From an uncultured Bacteroidales bacterium (lineage in GTDB: Bacteria > Bacteroidota > Bacteroidia > Bacteroidales > UBA10428), in NCBI GenBank assembly GCA_964615995.1, contig CAZTSR010000006.1, positions 81,236-145,235 of the forward strand: a stretch of 64,000 bases of DNA. Reading direction: 5' to 3'. The notes under the pieces are model-generated. The model saw nothing but the letters and a program-made list of their open reading frames with translations. It ran no database searches and was not told where the DNA came from. Every line of letters starts with the position of its first letter. Position 1 is the first letter of the stretch. Both the position numbers and the translations under genes were made by a program. Below are positions 9,013-19,148 of this stretch, piece by piece.

Positions 9013-9998
9013 TGCAGGTAGTTGATGATTAAATTAGCAGCAATCATATAGCCCAATCCGTTCAGCATAATGATTTTCAGACCTAAACTGATCTGGTGCC
9101 ATTTTTTTTGATCAGGATTTCTTCTCAGGAGCATAAATGTCAGCAGCAGTAATGGGGCAACAAGCATGAATGCAAAGTAGGCCAGAGTAAAATACTCCCT
9201 CAGAAACATAAACCATATGAATATCAATAGCGCACTCACGAGGAGTAAAATGACTGAGGCTATGATACGTGCGGAAAACATGCTCCATATTACCGGAATG
9301 GTTTTTTTACCATATGCCTGGTCTCCCTCAAAATCTTCACAGTCTTTGATAATTTCCCGAACCAGATTCACCAGGAAAGCGAATGTTGCAAAACCAAGAA
9401 TCCAGCTGAGCAATATGGGAATGATGGGTTGAACATCAGATCCGTATGATTCAGCCAATAAAGGCAACTCGAAAAGAAGCACTATAAAGGGAACAAATCC
9501 GGTGAGAAGTGCCACAATGATGTTTCCCAGTAAAAATTCACGCTTATATGTTGTGGAATAGAACCACAGGAGGCCACTTACCATAATAAATATCAAACTC
9601 AGGTATAGCTTACCGGTTATCCATGCAGCAAAAGATCCTGCAACGATGCCCAGAGATGTTAAAATCAAATGATAAGCCATAGCACGGCGCGGATGAATGC
9701 GTGAGCCAACAATCATATGATCCGGCCGGTTTACCCGGTCAATTTTCCTGTCGAAATAATCATTGATGGTATATCCTCCCGCTGCAATAAGCACTGTGCC
9801 AGCGATCAGCAAAATAAAGCCGGCTGCCGGCAACTGCACATCCATATGGGCCGTTTTGAGAATCGGGACCAGCAGGCATTGCCGGACCAGAACCTGGGTA
9901 AGTGCCATAATCAAAAGATTAGGCCATCTTACCAGATTGAAAAATGCAGAAAGATATCGGGTTGTCTTTACCATACAAAAGAAAAGTCGTTTAACCAT
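9009..9998 (-). CDS. UbiA-family prenyltransferase (DGGGP-synthase-like)
   Basis: Multi-TM protein with NDYFDRKIDRVNRPD and DCEDFEGDQAYGKKT Asp-rich motifs. The likely true start is MVKTTRY at 9974. Confidence 0.8.
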   Translation of the reverse strand: MVKRLFFCMVKTTRYLSAFFNLVRWPNLLIMALTQVLVRQCLLVPILKTAHMDVQLPAAGFILLIAGTVLIAAGGYTINDYFDRKIDRVNRPDHMIVGSRIHPRRAMAYHLILTSLGIVAGSFAAWITGKLYLSLIFIMVSGLLWFYSTTYKREFLLGNIIVALLTGFVPFIVLLFELPLLAESYGSDVQPIIPILLSWILGFATFAFLVNLVREIIKDCEDFEGDQAYGKKTIPVIWSMFSARIIASVILLLVSALLIFIWFMFLREYFTLAYFAFMLVAPLLLLTFMLLRRNPDQKKWHQISLGLKIIMLNGLGYMIAANLIINYLQ

Positions 9999-10489
9999 TT
10001 GCCCTGCAATCTGAGTACCTGTTCAATAATGTCGCGAACACAGCCTTCTCCCCCATTTTTATGTGATGTATATAAGGAAAGCCTTTTAATTTCTTCAGCG
10101 GCATCAGCCGGACATGCAGGAAATCCGGATCTTTTCATTACTTCATAATCCGGCAGATCATCGCCCATATATAACACATCTGCGGCTTCCAGGTTATGAA
10201 GTTCCAGAAAGGTATCGAAAGCAATATTTTTGTTGGCGCTTTTCATGAAGATGTCTTTAACTCCAAGGGACAGAAACCTTTTTCTTACCATTTTGCTGTA
10301 GCCGCCAGTGATAATTGCAATGGGATAGCCCATTTTCACGGCATGTTGCACCGCAAATCCGTCTTTGATGTTCATCATGCGAATGAATTCGCCTCCCGGA
10401 TGCAGCATCACTGCTCCATTAGTAAATACACCATCTACATCAAATGCAAATGCTTTAACATCGTTTAATTTTCTTTTTATCTCGGGCAT
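9968..10489 (-). CDS. kdsC: HAD-IIIA phosphatase, KDO 8-phosphate phosphatase-like
   Basis: 173 aa. FAFDVDGVFTNG, ITGG, and YMGDDLPD motifs. Confidence 0.75.
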   Translation of the reverse strand: MPEIKRKLNDVKAFAFDVDGVFTNGAVMLHPGGEFIRMMNIKDGFAVQHAVKMGYPIAIITGGYSKMVRKRFLSLGVKDIFMKSANKNIAFDTFLELHNLEAADVLYMGDDLPDYEVMKRSGFPACPADAAEEIKRLSLYTSHKNGGEGCVRDIIEQVLRLQGKWLNDFSFVW

Positions 10490-10535
10490 ATATCTTGAGT
10501 TAGAACAAAAATAGAAAACAATTCAAAGACAGCCT

Positions 10536-11396
10536 TCATTTACGCTCCAGAATGCTTTCAGTGAGTAAAGAATATATTCTCAATAATTCCGGCTGGTTTT
10601 TAAGCAGGGTCATGTGCTTGTCAATGGTTTTCATATCTTTCCTCACGGCAGGACCGGTTTGCGCTTTGCAGGGCGACATACTTACCGCTTTACGGGCTGT
10701 TTCAAGGATTAAAGGTCTCAACCATTCAAATGCCATTTGATTCTCATTGAGATATTGTTCAGTCAGCGCATACAACCTGTTCGTAAAATTGGAACATATT
10801 ACCCCTGCCATGTGAAAGATCAGCCTGTCTTCAGAACTGACTTCATGCACCTGAGCACTGATTTTCCCGGCTATTTCCCGAAGCAATCTTAAGCTTTCAG
10901 GACAATCCGACTCAACAAGCAATGGAATTCCGCTGAAGTCAACCGCCTTTCCATAAGTAAGCGTCTGCAGGGGGTACAATACTCCGAAATGTGTTGCAAA
11001 TCCGCTAAAAACCTGCATAGGCACCGTACCTGCAGTATGAACAACCATGCTAAATTCCCTAAAGACAGGAGTACTAATAAGTCCGGTTATGGCATCATCT
11101 GATACCGCAAGGATACAAATATCTACCCGGGTATCCAGATCTTCGAGACGGCTGATATAAGACGCATGAAGCTCCTTAGCCATAACAGAACCTCTTGTTT
11201 CATTCCTGCTGTATATCTGGTCTATAGAAATCCCTGCTCCTGCCAATGCATGTCCGAAATGCCAGGCCACATTTCCGGCACCCACTATTACTGCCGATAA
11301 AGCCACATTGTTATGAGGGAGATTCGTCAATTTACAATCCGTATAAACTATAATTAATTTGGTACAGCCATGCTGGTTCCTCATTTTCATTCCCAA
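10536..11396 (-). CDS. Rossmann-fold NAD(P)-binding protein with DUF2520-like C-terminus
   Basis: The VIVGAGNVAWHFGHAL dinucleotide fold starts about 30 aa into the ORF. The ORF start overlaps the upstream gene by 65 nt. A TTG at 11329, directly after the upstream stop, is a plausible real start. Confidence 0.6.
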   Translation of the reverse strand: MGMKMRNQHGCTKLIIVYTDCKLTNLPHNNVALSAVIVGAGNVAWHFGHALAGAGISIDQIYSRNETRGSVMAKELHASYISRLEDLDTRVDICILAVSDDAITGLISTPVFREFSMVVHTAGTVPMQVFSGFATHFGVLYPLQTLTYGKAVDFSGIPLLVESDCPESLRLLREIAGKISAQVHEVSSEDRLIFHMAGVICSNFTNRLYALTEQYLNENQMAFEWLRPLILETARKAVSMSPCKAQTGPAVRKDMKTIDKHMTLLKNQPELLRIYSLLTESILERK

Positions 11397-13359
11397 TCTG
11401 ATGGACCAGCTTTAAAATGCCCGGATATTTCTGTTCAACAAAATAAAAATACCGCTGCATGGTATTGATCACGTTGCCGGTGTTCATTTGCGGAACTGCC
11501 CGGAGGCTTGCAACAATGGCATAATTTACCTTATTTTTTTTAAGAGTAAGGATCAGGCTGTCAGGAGAAACAGCGAAGCAGTTTTGAGTACTCACCTGTA
11601 TTCTGCTCAACAGTGAATCGGGGGTCATAACAGGCACCTTGTAAAAATCCAATCCCTTTTTGATGTATTCAGATAAAGGTGCTTTAAATTCATAAACACC
11701 ATAAACATCATTTCCTTCTGCAACACATGCAACATTAGAAAGCCGTATTGAGATTTGCAGTTCACCAGGCCATGCAGTGTTGATTGCTGTGTTAGGAATC
11801 ACTGTCAGTGAACCTGTCCTTTTTTGAACAGAACGGATGAATTCTTCAGCAGGCTTGGAAGGAAAACGGTAAAGCGGATAAAAGTCCCTTCCCTTCCCAT
11901 AAATATAGGACATAGAAGGCTTTCTTGATGCCACAACCTGATCTTCCGGTATATTTTTGCTCACCCACTCGCTCATACGCAGAAAGTTCTGCCAATCGGG
12001 TGTGAATCCATAATAAACATTTCCACTCAGACTTTTTTTCAAAATCTTTCGATTTGCCTTACTCTGATCGAGTGTTTGATCAAGTGTCTTAAAAAGTATC
12101 ACAATCAGAAGAAAATACAGGACAATATTGAAATACCGGAGACCCTTCCTTTGGGAGAGTTGTTGTATTCCCCATGCAATCAATAACAACATCATTGGAA
12201 TGTAAATGACAACCATCCGCATTTGATCCCACTTCTGATGTAAAACAATAAACAGGGAAGCCAGTGAACCTCCGATATAGAGTGAACTGAAGAAAAGGAT
12301 TTTATTCCTTTTAAAAGAATAAATAAGTGTTACAACCAGCACCAAAACTACAATCAGAGCAATAAAATAACTTTTTTCAATGGATGAGGGATCCTGTAAT
12401 CCTAATCCTGTCATAAAATGTCGTGAAAGATATCCTTTGGCATTCAGAAGCACCCTGTCTACCATACCGGCAAAATCTTCGCTGCCCATTGCCGGATTAT
12501 ACTGATTTTTGGCCAGAATTTCGTCCAGCTTATTGAGCTTACTAATATTTGGCCAGAATATAGATTTGTAAATATTGAAAATGCAAAGAAACAATCCGAA
12601 GGAAACTGAAACGAGCACAGAGGCACGGTATTTCTTTTCTAAAAGCAGGAACAGAACCATGGCCAGAAGCATGGCAAGTCCAATTTCCCTGGTAAGACTT
12701 GTAAGAAACACAAAAAAACCTACTACCAGCCAATGCAAAACATCCTGCTTCCATGAAGGGCTTGATTGCTTACCCGACAAATATATCCTGATAAAAATGA
12801 AAAGTGTTAACGCTTGTAAAAACATGAACATCGCTTCACTGTATGTTTGGCTGGCAAAATACAGAATGGAGGAATTTATGGAAACAATCAGCAATACCAG
12901 TGTAAATATGGCAGGCGAAACGTGATTTTTAAATGTGTAGTAAAACAGGAAGATTTGGGCAATAATAAACACAAAAGAAGTGGCCTTGAGCAGGATCACA
13001 TTCACTCCAAACACCAGCATCGGAACACTCAAAAAAATTGGATATAATGGCCCGTGCCAGGAAGGGAAAGACTTGCTCTTCAAAAAATCATTGGCCATTT
13101 CAATATAATGCGAGTCATCTCCTCCCATGCTGATTCTGGCATCGAAAAGCAGAATACCGAATAATACAGAAAAAAATACTGAAAGGAATAGAAAGAACCG
13201 GGAATGCCTTAAGAAAAATGCATCCATGCTATTCCAGAAACCATTTTCAGAAACGGATTTATCGGATTTTGAGCTGCTGCTTGTTTTCTGTGTAACAGCA
13301 GTATGCTTCCTTCCGGGTTGACTGCCTGTCTTGTTATTTTTGCGGGAATCAAGAGCCAT
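11332..13359 (-). CDS. Polytopic GT-C-fold membrane glycosyltransferase (ArnT/PMT-like) with a C-terminal soluble domain
   Basis: 675 aa. More than 10 predicted TM segments. GGDDSHYIEMA lies in the first loop after TM1, like the DxD/DE motif of ArnT/PMT enzymes. About 220 aa of non-membrane tail. Confidence 0.55.
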   Translation of the reverse strand: MALDSRKNNKTGSQPGRKHTAVTQKTSSSSKSDKSVSENGFWNSMDAFFLRHSRFFLFLSVFFSVLFGILLFDARISMGGDDSHYIEMANDFLKSKSFPSWHGPLYPIFLSVPMLVFGVNVILLKATSFVFIIAQIFLFYYTFKNHVSPAIFTLVLLIVSINSSILYFASQTYSEAMFMFLQALTLFIFIRIYLSGKQSSPSWKQDVLHWLVVGFFVFLTSLTREIGLAMLLAMVLFLLLEKKYRASVLVSVSFGLFLCIFNIYKSIFWPNISKLNKLDEILAKNQYNPAMGSEDFAGMVDRVLLNAKGYLSRHFMTGLGLQDPSSIEKSYFIALIVVLVLVVTLIYSFKRNKILFFSSLYIGGSLASLFIVLHQKWDQMRMVVIYIPMMLLLIAWGIQQLSQRKGLRYFNIVLYFLLIVILFKTLDQTLDQSKANRKILKKSLSGNVYYGFTPDWQNFLRMSEWVSKNIPEDQVVASRKPSMSYIYGKGRDFYPLYRFPSKPAEEFIRSVQKRTGSLTVIPNTAINTAWPGELQISIRLSNVACVAEGNDVYGVYEFKAPLSEYIKKGLDFYKVPVMTPDSLLSRIQVSTQNCFAVSPDSLILTLKKNKVNYAIVASLRAVPQMNTGNVINTMQRYFYFVEQKYPGILKLVHQIGNENEEPAWLYQINYSLYGL

Positions 13360-13505
13360 TCTGTTGGATATTTAAAAAGTTCACGGCTAAATTAAAAATT
13401 TTGTGCAAGTTCCCATAAATTACTTTCCGGTGCAATCAAAATCAGCAACGGATATTGATTATATTTGAACCCTTTATTTTTCCACAAGATCTTCAAATAA
13501 ACCTT

Positions 13506-14942
13506 ATGGCAACTGCATTGTCTGAAAACTTAAGAAATTTCTACAACAACATTGGTGAAAACCGGGAAAACTATTACCGAAGAAACCGCTTTTATCATAA
13601 AAGCATTCTTCAGTATTTCAAAATGTGTATACCTTCCGGATCGAGGGTTTTGGAACTGGGATGCGCAACAGGAGATCTTATTGGAAATTTAAGTCCCGCC
13701 TTTGGTGTAGGTGTTGATATTAGTGATGCAATGCTTTCCGCTGCACATAAGAAATATCCGGGCATTCAATTCATAAGGGAAAATGCTGATGACTATGAAA
13801 CTGATGAGGTATTTGATTTTATCATTGTATCGGGTATAGCAGGTAGTGTAGATAATATTCAGGAACTGCTTACCAAAACCCAAAAATGGTCATCCGAAAA
13901 AACACGCATATTTGTAAATTTCTATAACCCGCTGTGGCATCCCCTGATTAAGCTGGGGGAAAAAATCGGGTTGAAAATGCCGGAGCTTACTCAGAACTGG
14001 CTGTCGGTGGACGATGTAGAAAACTTCCTTTATATTTCCGGTTACCAGGTTATTAAAAGAAAGTACCTGCTCCTTTTTCCAAAATACATTCCGGTAATCT
14101 CTTACATCCTCAATAAGTGGATCGGTAATATCCCCGTTATCCGCAGGCTTTCACTGGATCATATTGTTATTGCCCGACCGGAAAAACCGCTTTCCAATGC
14201 AGAAAGTAAGAGGTGCACGGTGGTGATTACAGCCCGGGATGAAGAAGGGAATATCGAAGGATTGGTGGAGCGAACTCCCCGGATGGGTGATCGCACAGAG
14301 ATCATTTTTGTGGAAGGTCATTCAAAAGATCGTACGGTTGAAAAAATTGAGGAAATGATTCTGAAATATCCTGAGAAGGATATTAAGTTATTGCGTCAGA
14401 AAGGAATTGGAAAAGGAGACGCATACCGCTATGGGTTTGATGAAGCTCAGGGCGACTTTGTGATCATTCTGGAAGCGGACCTGACCACGCCTCCTGAAGA
14501 GGCCATTCATTTCTGGAATGCCTATCTTGAAAACAGAGGTGAGTTTATAAACGGAAGCCGTTTTATCTATAAAATGGAACGCAGCTCGATGCCGCTCATC
14601 AACTTCCTTGGCAATCGTTTCTTTGGGATATTATTCACCATATTATTAAAACAGCGTTTTACAGATACGCTTTGTGGCTTTAAAGCCATTTCAAAGGAAA
14701 ATTACCTGAAAATACGCAGTCAGATTGACTTTTTTGGAGATTTTGATCCTTTTGGGGATTTTGAATTGATTTTCGGTGCCATAAAAAACAATCTGAAGGT
14801 AGCGGAGATTCCGGTTCATTACCAGCCACGGCAATACGGCGAATCAAAAGCATATGGATATTCATTTTTCAGCTTTATGAAGCATGGAATGCTGTTGCTT
14901 CGTATGAGTTTTATTGCTTTCCGCAAATTTATAATCAGTTGA
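13506..14942 (+). CDS. Bifunctional class I SAM-dependent methyltransferase / family 2 glycosyltransferase fusion
   Basis: N-terminal half has VLELGCATGDL (SAM motif I). C-terminal half has VVITARDEEGNI...ILEADLTTPPEE (GT2 DxD) and a C-terminal hydrophobic tail. The ORF track start at 13455 is TTG; the ATG at 13506 is preferred. Confidence 0.8.
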   Translation: MATALSENLRNFYNNIGENRENYYRRNRFYHKSILQYFKMCIPSGSRVLELGCATGDLIGNLSPAFGVGVDISDAMLSAAHKKYPGIQFIRENADDYETDEVFDFIIVSGIAGSVDNIQELLTKTQKWSSEKTRIFVNFYNPLWHPLIKLGEKIGLKMPELTQNWLSVDDVENFLYISGYQVIKRKYLLLFPKYIPVISYILNKWIGNIPVIRRLSLDHIVIARPEKPLSNAESKRCTVVITARDEEGNIEGLVERTPRMGDRTEIIFVEGHSKDRTVEKIEEMILKYPEKDIKLLRQKGIGKGDAYRYGFDEAQGDFVIILEADLTTPPEEAIHFWNAYLENRGEFINGSRFIYKMERSSMPLINFLGNRFFGILFTILLKQRFTDTLCGFKAISKENYLKIRSQIDFFGDFDPFGDFELIFGAIKNNLKVAEIPVHYQPRQYGESKAYGYSFFSFMKHGMLLLRMSFIAFRKFIIS

Positions 14943-15609
14943 TATCCGTTTTTCGCTCCGGCGGAGCCTCCTGATCGCTCATGTCCGTTTCATTTTCCTC
15001 ATCATCATCTACCATATCGCTGATGAATTTCGTTGGCCCGGGTCCTTCATGCCTGAAAATGATAGCCAGCACAGCACCGATTGTAAAGCCAATCAGATGC
15101 GATTCCCATGACATATCCGGAAGATAGGGGAATATGCCCCAGATCATGCTGCCATATAAGAAAATAACCAGCAAAGAAATGGCCATCAGATTGATATTTC
15201 GGCGGATGATGCCGCTGATAAAAAGAAATGCAGCAAAACTATAAACCAATCCGCTGGCGCCAATATGATAAGAAGGCCGTGCCAGTGTCCAAACTAAAAT
15301 GCCCGTAATCAGATAGGAATAAAAGAACACCCGCCAGGCTACCTTTTGATAAAAGTAGAAGATAGCAGTAAGAAGGACTAAAAAAGGGACGGAATTGTTA
15401 ACGAGATGGCTGAAATTGGAATGAATCAGGGGCGAGAACAAAATTCCCTTCAATCCTGATATCTTACCGGGGAAAATTCCGAGATGGTACCAATCGGCAC
15501 CTTCAATCACCTCCACAATTTTAACCAACCAGATCAACAAAAGGAATATCGACGGGGGGATCAAACTCAGAATAAGGCGTCTGTATTCAATATGCTCTTC
15601 TTTTGGCAA
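14935..15609 (-). CDS. Rhomboid-family intramembrane serine protease
   Basis: 224 aa with 6 TM segments. HSNFSHLVNN and GASGLVYSF (catalytic Ser) motifs, plus a downstream His (ESHLIGF). Confidence 0.8.
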   Translation of the reverse strand: MPKEEHIEYRRLILSLIPPSIFLLLIWLVKIVEVIEGADWYHLGIFPGKISGLKGILFSPLIHSNFSHLVNNSVPFLVLLTAIFYFYQKVAWRVFFYSYLITGILVWTLARPSYHIGASGLVYSFAAFLFISGIIRRNINLMAISLLVIFLYGSMIWGIFPYLPDMSWESHLIGFTIGAVLAIIFRHEGPGPTKFISDMVDDDEENETDMSDQEAPPERKTDIN

Positions 15610-15623
15610 AGGGTTATGGTTTT

Positions 15624-15660
15624 AAAAAAGAATAACCTGTAACGGAAATTACAGGTTATT
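15624..15660 (-). terminator. Rho-independent terminator downstream of ilvC
   Basis: Minus strand: AATAACCTGTAA-tttccg-TTACAGGTTATT (12-bp stem) followed by cTTTTTT. Confidence 0.8.
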
Positions 15661-15676
15661 GCTTTTCAGTTTCTGC

Positions 15677-16726
15677 CTATTTTACTTTTGGCCGCAGGTT
15701 ACGGACTTGTTGTCCGGCTTGCCACATCTCTGACTCGCGCAATTCCTTGAGCTCTTTTTCGAGGTACTCTTTATAATTAGTCATGCCGGTGGAATCCAGA
15801 ACGCGTTTGCATTCTTCACCTGACTTAACCTTATTGTATAAATCCTTAAATACAGGAATGGTAGCATCTTTAAATTTAGGTCTCCAGTCGAGTGCACCTC
15901 TCTGAGCAGTAGCGCTGCAATTCGAATACATCCAGTCCATTCCGTTTTCGTCAACCAAACGGATAAGGCTTTGAGTAAGCTCTTCAACGGTTTCGTTGAA
16001 TGCTTCACTGGGGGAATGGCCATGCTCGCGCAAAGTCTGGTATTGTGCATCCATAATACCTGCCAAAGCGCCCATCAATACGCCACGCTCACCGGTTAAA
16101 TCACTATATACTTCATTTTCAAAAGTAGTAGGGAAAAGGTAACCTGATCCGATGGCAATACCAACTGCAAGTGTGCGTTCATTGGCACGACCGGTATAAT
16201 CCTGGAATACGGCATAGCTGGAGTTAATTCCTGCGCCTGCAAGGAAATTGCGTCTTACGCTGGTGCCTGAACCTTTGGGAGCAACAAGGATTACGTCAAC
16301 ATCGGCAGGAGGAACCACACCGGTTTGTTCCTTGTAGGTAATGGAGAATCCATGTGAAAAATAAAGGGCGTTTCCCGCTTTCAGACATGGTTTCAGTTTA
16401 GGCCAGATGGTACGTTGTGCAGCATCAGAAACGAGGTATTGAATGATGGTTCCGCGGGTTGCAGCTTCTTCAATTGAGAATAAAGTTTTTCCCGGCACCC
16501 AGCCGTCTTTAATTGCTTTATCCCAATCGGATTTGAACTCAGGAGCCTGACCAATGATTACATTGATACCGTTCTCTTTCATGTTAAGAGCTTGTGCAGG
16601 TCCCTGAACGCCATAACCAATAACAGCTATGGTTTCGTTTTTCAGAATTTCCTGAGCTTTTTTCAAAGGGAACTCTTCACGGGTTACTACGTCTTCAACT
16701 ACACCTCCAAAATTAATTTTTGCCAT
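15677..16726 (-). CDS. ilvC: Ketol-acid reductoisomerase
   Basis: 349 aa. IGYGVQGPAQALN Rossmann motif and the conserved KARI C-terminal knot domain. Confidence 0.95.
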   Translation of the reverse strand: MAKINFGGVVEDVVTREEFPLKKAQEILKNETIAVIGYGVQGPAQALNMKENGINVIIGQAPEFKSDWDKAIKDGWVPGKTLFSIEEAATRGTIIQYLVSDAAQRTIWPKLKPCLKAGNALYFSHGFSITYKEQTGVVPPADVDVILVAPKGSGTSVRRNFLAGAGINSSYAVFQDYTGRANERTLAVGIAIGSGYLFPTTFENEVYSDLTGERGVLMGALAGIMDAQYQTLREHGHSPSEAFNETVEELTQSLIRLVDENGMDWMYSNCSATAQRGALDWRPKFKDATIPVFKDLYNKVKSGEECKRVLDSTGMTNYKEYLEKELKELRESEMWQAGQQVRNLRPKVK

Positions 16727-16755
16727 AATGTATGAATTATTAATGAATGAATTGA

Positions 16756-17343
16756 TTAAGCATATTCGACGGAATTTCTTCCGGCATCTTTCATATAGGT
16801 TGAGAAAATTTCTTTACTGGAACGGGTTACAGCTATTCTGCCCGACCGTGTAAATTGAAGCAGGCCATATGGGTACAGTTCATCAAACAATGCTTGTGTT
16901 TCCTCTTTATGGCCCGTTAATTCAATTACTGTATATTCCGGTTTTACTTCAATGATCCGGGCATGATGATTGCGGATGATTTCTTCAATTTTATTGCTTT
17001 CAATCATGGAGGATGTCGGTACTTTATATAAGGCTATTTCCTGATGGATCACCTCATCGTCTGAGTGATAAAATGCCTTTAATACTTCCACGAGTTTTTC
17101 GATCTGCTCAACCACCTTTTCAACCTTTTCCAGGGTTTCATTTACCACAATGGTGAATTTATGAACACCCGGAATTGCAGATCCTGATACAGTAAGGCTG
17201 TCTATATTTACTTGCCGGCGTGTAAAAATAATGGTAATCCGGTTTAACAATCCAATGTGATTTTCTGAAAAAGCAGATATGGTATATGTTTGTTTTCCTC
17301 CGTTAGGAAGAACGTCTTCATGATTTGCCTTTGTCGTTGCCAT
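16756..17343 (-). CDS. ilvN: Acetolactate synthase small (regulatory) subunit
   Basis: 195 aa. ACT domain (ENHIGLLNRITIIFTRRQVNIDSLTVS) plus the ALS small-subunit C-terminal domain. Confidence 0.9.
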   Translation of the reverse strand: MATTKANHEDVLPNGGKQTYTISAFSENHIGLLNRITIIFTRRQVNIDSLTVSGSAIPGVHKFTIVVNETLEKVEKVVEQIEKLVEVLKAFYHSDDEVIHQEIALYKVPTSSMIESNKIEEIIRNHHARIIEVKPEYTVIELTGHKEETQALFDELYPYGLLQFTRSGRIAVTRSSKEIFSTYMKDAGRNSVEYA

Positions 17344-17348
17344 ACTTT

Positions 17349-19142
17349 TTACTTTTTGGGTTCTAGAATTACTTCCGATACTGATGCTCCGGTTGGTACC
17401 ATTGGGAAAACATTATCTTCCTTTTCAATGGAAACTTCAAGAAGATATGGCCCGTTAAAATCGAGCATTTCCTGAACTGCGGCATCCAGTTGCGGACGTT
17501 CAATTACTTTCTTTCCTTTGATACCAAACCCTTCTGCAACCTTAATAAAATCAGGATTCAACAAGTAGGTCTCGGAATACCGTTTATCAAAAAACAACTG
17601 TTGCCATTGGCGTACCATTCCAAGATATTTATTATTCAGCAAAACAATCTTCACAGCAGCCTGTGTCTGGTTAATTGTGCCCAATTCCTGTATGGTCATT
17701 TGAAAACCTCCGTCTCCCACAAAAAGAATTACCTGTTTATCAGGAGCTCCAATTTTAGCACCATGTGCAGCAGGTAAACCAAATCCCATGGTTCCCAGAC
17801 CTCCCGAGGTTACAAAGCTACGTTTATTTTTGTAGTTAAAATACCTTGAAACGAACATTTGATGCTGGCCCACATCGGTAACAGCAATGGCATCTCCCTT
17901 TGTTTTTTCATTGATAATACGAACAACCTCACTCATTGTAAGTCCGGGTTTTTCCGGAAACAAATCATGCTGAATGACCTTCTCATATTCAACACGGTCG
18001 ATCTCCTTAAATTCATTCAACCAGGAAGTATGAGACCTCTTTTCAATGAGTTGGGATAATGCCGGCAAAGTATCCTTAACGTCTCCATGAACAGGTATGT
18101 CGGCATGAATTACCTTGTTGATCTCAGCTTTATCAATTTCAAGATGAATGATCTTTGCCTGTTTGGCATAGCGGCTTACGTCCCCGGTAACCCGGTCATC
18201 GAATCGCATTCCAATAGCAATGAGTACATCACATTCATTGGTTTTAATATTCGTTGAATAGTTGCCATGCATGCCCAGCATCCCTACATTTAGCGGATGC
18301 TGGCGGGGCAAAGCGCATGAACCCAGGATAGTCCATGCTACCGGTATGCCTGACTTTTCAACAAATTCAGCGAATTCTTTCTCTGCCCCCCCCAAAATAA
18401 TTCCCTGTCCTGCGAGAATATAAGGCTTTTTCGCCTTGTTTATAAGGGCTGCGGCAGCTTTGAGGTTATCCAGGCTCAAACGTGGTTCCGGAGAATAGCT
18501 CCGCATCCGGATGCATTTATGATAATCGAAATCAAGCATTCCAAACTGGGCATTCTTGGCAATATCAATTAATACCGGACCCGGTCTTCCTGTTTTGGCT
18601 ATATAAAATGCCTGAGCCAGTATAGAAGGAATATCTTCAGGTTTGGTGATCAGGAAGTTCCATTTTGTTACCGGCATGGAAATGCCAATTACATCTGTTT
18701 CCTGAAAAGCATCGGTACCTAAAAGGCCAGCCGACACCTGTCCGGTGATACAAACCAGCGGAGTAGAATCAATCTGAGCATCGGCAATGCCGGTGATCAG
18801 GTTGGTAGCACCGGGTCCTGATGTTGCTATACAAACGCCTACTTTTCCGGTTACCCTTGCATATCCTTGAGCGGCATGAATAGCCCCTTGTTCATGCCGG
18901 GTTAAAATGTGCCTGATCCGGTCGTTATAGTCCATCAGCGCATCATAAACCGGCATAATAGCGCCACCCGGATAGCCAAAGATTGTATCAATGCCTTCAG
19001 CAATTAAGCTGAGCATAATGGCTTCCGCGCCTGTTACCTTAATCTTTTTCGGTATGTCAATCGGTACTTGAATATCTTTAGTTGATTTCATATGTCTCTG
19101 TTTTATAGGAAAAATAGAATTCCGTTTATCATGATCCATCAA
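17349..19142 (-). CDS. ilvB: Acetolactate synthase large subunit (ThDP-dependent)
   Basis: GAEAIMLSL..GYPGGA, GPGATN, and GLGTMGFGLPAA...GDGGFQM ThDP motif. The start is uncertain: TTG 19142, ATG 19139, or ATG 19091. Confidence 0.9.
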   Translation of the reverse strand: MMDHDKRNSIFPIKQRHMKSTKDIQVPIDIPKKIKVTGAEAIMLSLIAEGIDTIFGYPGGAIMPVYDALMDYNDRIRHILTRHEQGAIHAAQGYARVTGKVGVCIATSGPGATNLITGIADAQIDSTPLVCITGQVSAGLLGTDAFQETDVIGISMPVTKWNFLITKPEDIPSILAQAFYIAKTGRPGPVLIDIAKNAQFGMLDFDYHKCIRMRSYSPEPRLSLDNLKAAAALINKAKKPYILAGQGIILGGAEKEFAEFVEKSGIPVAWTILGSCALPRQHPLNVGMLGMHGNYSTNIKTNECDVLIAIGMRFDDRVTGDVSRYAKQAKIIHLEIDKAEINKVIHADIPVHGDVKDTLPALSQLIEKRSHTSWLNEFKEIDRVEYEKVIQHDLFPEKPGLTMSEVVRIINEKTKGDAIAVTDVGQHQMFVSRYFNYKNKRSFVTSGGLGTMGFGLPAAHGAKIGAPDKQVILFVGDGGFQMTIQELGTINQTQAAVKIVLLNNKYLGMVRQWQQLFFDKRYSETYLLNPDFIKVAEGFGIKGKKVIERPQLDAAVQEMLDFNGPYLLEVSIEKEDNVFPMVPTGASVSEVILEPKK

Positions 19143-19148
19143 CAGACC

